This document shows, one piece after another, positions 62,099-64,000 of a DNA stretch of 64,000 nt; the stretch's first letter is position 1; every line of letters begins with the position of its first letter. Where the stretch lies: positions 39,062,001 through 39,126,000 of the forward strand of contig CM119372.1 of NCBI GenBank assembly GCA_051294905.1, in the 5' to 3' direction. The position numbers and the translations under genes are program-made. The notes beneath the pieces were generated by a model, which was not told the DNA's origin, searched no databases, and saw only the letters and a program-made list of their open reading frames with translations. The stretch is from Botryllus schlosseri (Eukaryota).

Positions 62099-63336
62099 CA
62101 GGGGTTCTCAACCCGCGGCCCGCAGACGATTCTTTTGCGGCCCGCGACATCTTTCAATATGAACGCAATTACTACTGGTACAGTATCGTTATGGAAGACC
62201 GATGTGTCACATTTGTCGAAGAACAGTTGTTGTAACAAAGCCTAGAAGCTTCAAATGATAGCACGATAGTTTCGTCTGGAGTTATACATATCGCCTGATC
62301 TTAGAGAAAACGTTGCTAGCTTGGTTTCAAGCCCAGCAATCCATATTTCGAGGCATTTTTAAAATTGTCGACGACGTGACAGACGCATTGTTCAAAATTG
62401 ATTGGAATATCGATAAGCCGAGGAGTCTGCCAGAGAATGTGTGACTTCAATAAAAATTTAACGTAGGCCTACTGTGCGAATATTTGCTGTTTCCGGAACT
62501 TAGCAGCAAGTTCAACATCACCTGCGAAACTTCGGGGCTACAGTTGTCTGATTCAACACTCAACGAGTCAACAGTCACCAGAAGAGTAACAGCCCTCTCA
62601 GTCGATCTTTTATCGCATGTTTTGAAACACGTTGTCCCGCATAGACTACTTTAGCCTAGCATTGGACGAATCCATCGACTGCACACAGTGCACACTGCAC
62701 ACACATTGCATAGCTATAATTATCCAGGTGCTGTTTATCGGAGTGGACATATTTCCAGAGGAAATGCTGACGGGGCAAACGTGGGAAGGGGACCAGTGAA
62801 AAACAACAATCTGACAAAGCTGACTTCTGTAACTATTGGTGTAAGGCTCCAGTCATGGAAGGAAAGGGGAAGAGTTGATTGGTTTACTCAGAAATGTCCC
62901 CGAACGTCTGACTTATTATAGCACTGAGAGCTCAAAGTGATAATGACCTCTCAACGAAAATGTCACCGTAATTTTATACTTGCTCTCTCACGCATTGAAA
63001 CAGCGAGTTCGGTTCTCTGGTGGAAGGGTTTGAAGGGTACACATACCAACATGGTAACGAATAGAATGTCCGTACCATGAAAGGATTTAGCGTACTTGCG
63101 CCACTTGAAGATAGATATCCTTACAAAAAACAGCAACTGCAAACTTACGAACGCTCTCCATTATTGCTTTAAAATGCATAAAAACGTACTAAATTCTCGT
63201 ATAAGACTGGTAAATAGGCTACAGTAGCCTAAATTTAACAGCGGCTCACAAATACATGGTGATAAAGTTCTGCGGCCCGCGGCGTCTTTTAGTGGGAAAA
63301 TGCGGCCCGTTATACGAGGGAAGTTGAGAACCCCTG
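62099..63336. mobile_element. hAT-type non-autonomous element B (right arm of the composite; diverged relative of element A, same orientation)
   Basis: caggggttctcaac...gttgagaacccctg. The left flank is gtctaggg and the right flank is gcgtaatg (63337-63344). Confidence 0.9.
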
Positions 63337-64000
63337 GCGTAATGGTATAATCCAAGGCTGCAACACCAATGGGTTGCGGGTTCGGTCCGACCACGGTCGA
63401 CTCCAGCATTCCTACTTAAGTGTTGGAGATTTATCCAGACTCCTCCTCGCCATCTCATCCGTGCTAGCGGTGTTTTATAAAAAGCCTAGAAGTGGGCCGT
63501 GGGTCTAAAACTAAATAAAAGTCAGAGTCCACTGTTTCAGATTAGGACACGTCATGGACTGCTAGATTACGATATGACAAGTAAATGCTAGACTGCGAAA
63601 CATCAGTTTCAAACGTTATGATGAGCCATTTTGATAAAATATTTCATATGGGTGACAATGCGGTGTTAACGGAACCACGCAACCCGCTGCCTAAATTATA
63701 TTCACCGATACTTTCGTTAAATCATATCGGTCAACCTATATCCACTGTGCGCGAAGCTCAACGAAAATTCTGGGCTTTACTCAAGTTTTTTGAAAATTAG
63801 GATACTCCGTGAAAACAGCCCCGAAATCTTTCTTATTGGAGGATTATTCTACTTCTACTTGACAAACTGAAAATAGCGAAAAGTAAGTAAGTAGATCACA
63901 AAATATTACGAAGTAGAAGTAGAAGTAGCGAAAATCAGATCTACCACTAGTAGAGGAAAACTACTTGAGTAGATCTGAGAAAAAGTAGAAGTACTTCGTT

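Noticed and set aside
59184..62238. ORFs 59184-59372, 60054-60332, 61322-61570 and 61912-62238
   Set aside because: They are chance translations of tRNA repeat units and MITE ends.

Overview
AT-rich eukaryotic (invertebrate-like; species cannot be determined from the sequence) genomic DNA, dominated by deeply nested non-autonomous DNA transposons, mostly hAT-type MITEs with CAG/TAG termini and 8-bp target-site duplications (TSDs). The only intact long ORFs belong to a full-length Tx1/L1-clade non-LTR retrotransposon (25489-30552, 20-bp TSD), which is inserted in one long terminal inverted repeat (TIR) of an internally deleted Sola-like DNA transposon. The right end holds a 13-unit tandem tRNA-Pro array (AGG/CGG/TGG anticodons plus pseudogenes). 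The array is bracketed by two related hAT MITEs with swapped TSDs, so the whole 5.76-kb block behaves as one composite insertion into the A-box of a tRNA-derived SINE; the empty-site copy is in the window at 45684. Every hAT junction and one probable excision footprint in the array fall at the same A-box position. Also present are decayed exons of a PKDCC/POMK-like divergent kinase gene on the minus strand, decayed Chapaev3-like transposase remnants, and a rearranged 28S rRNA fragment inside a MITE. All family assignments come from motifs recognised by eye; no searches were run.
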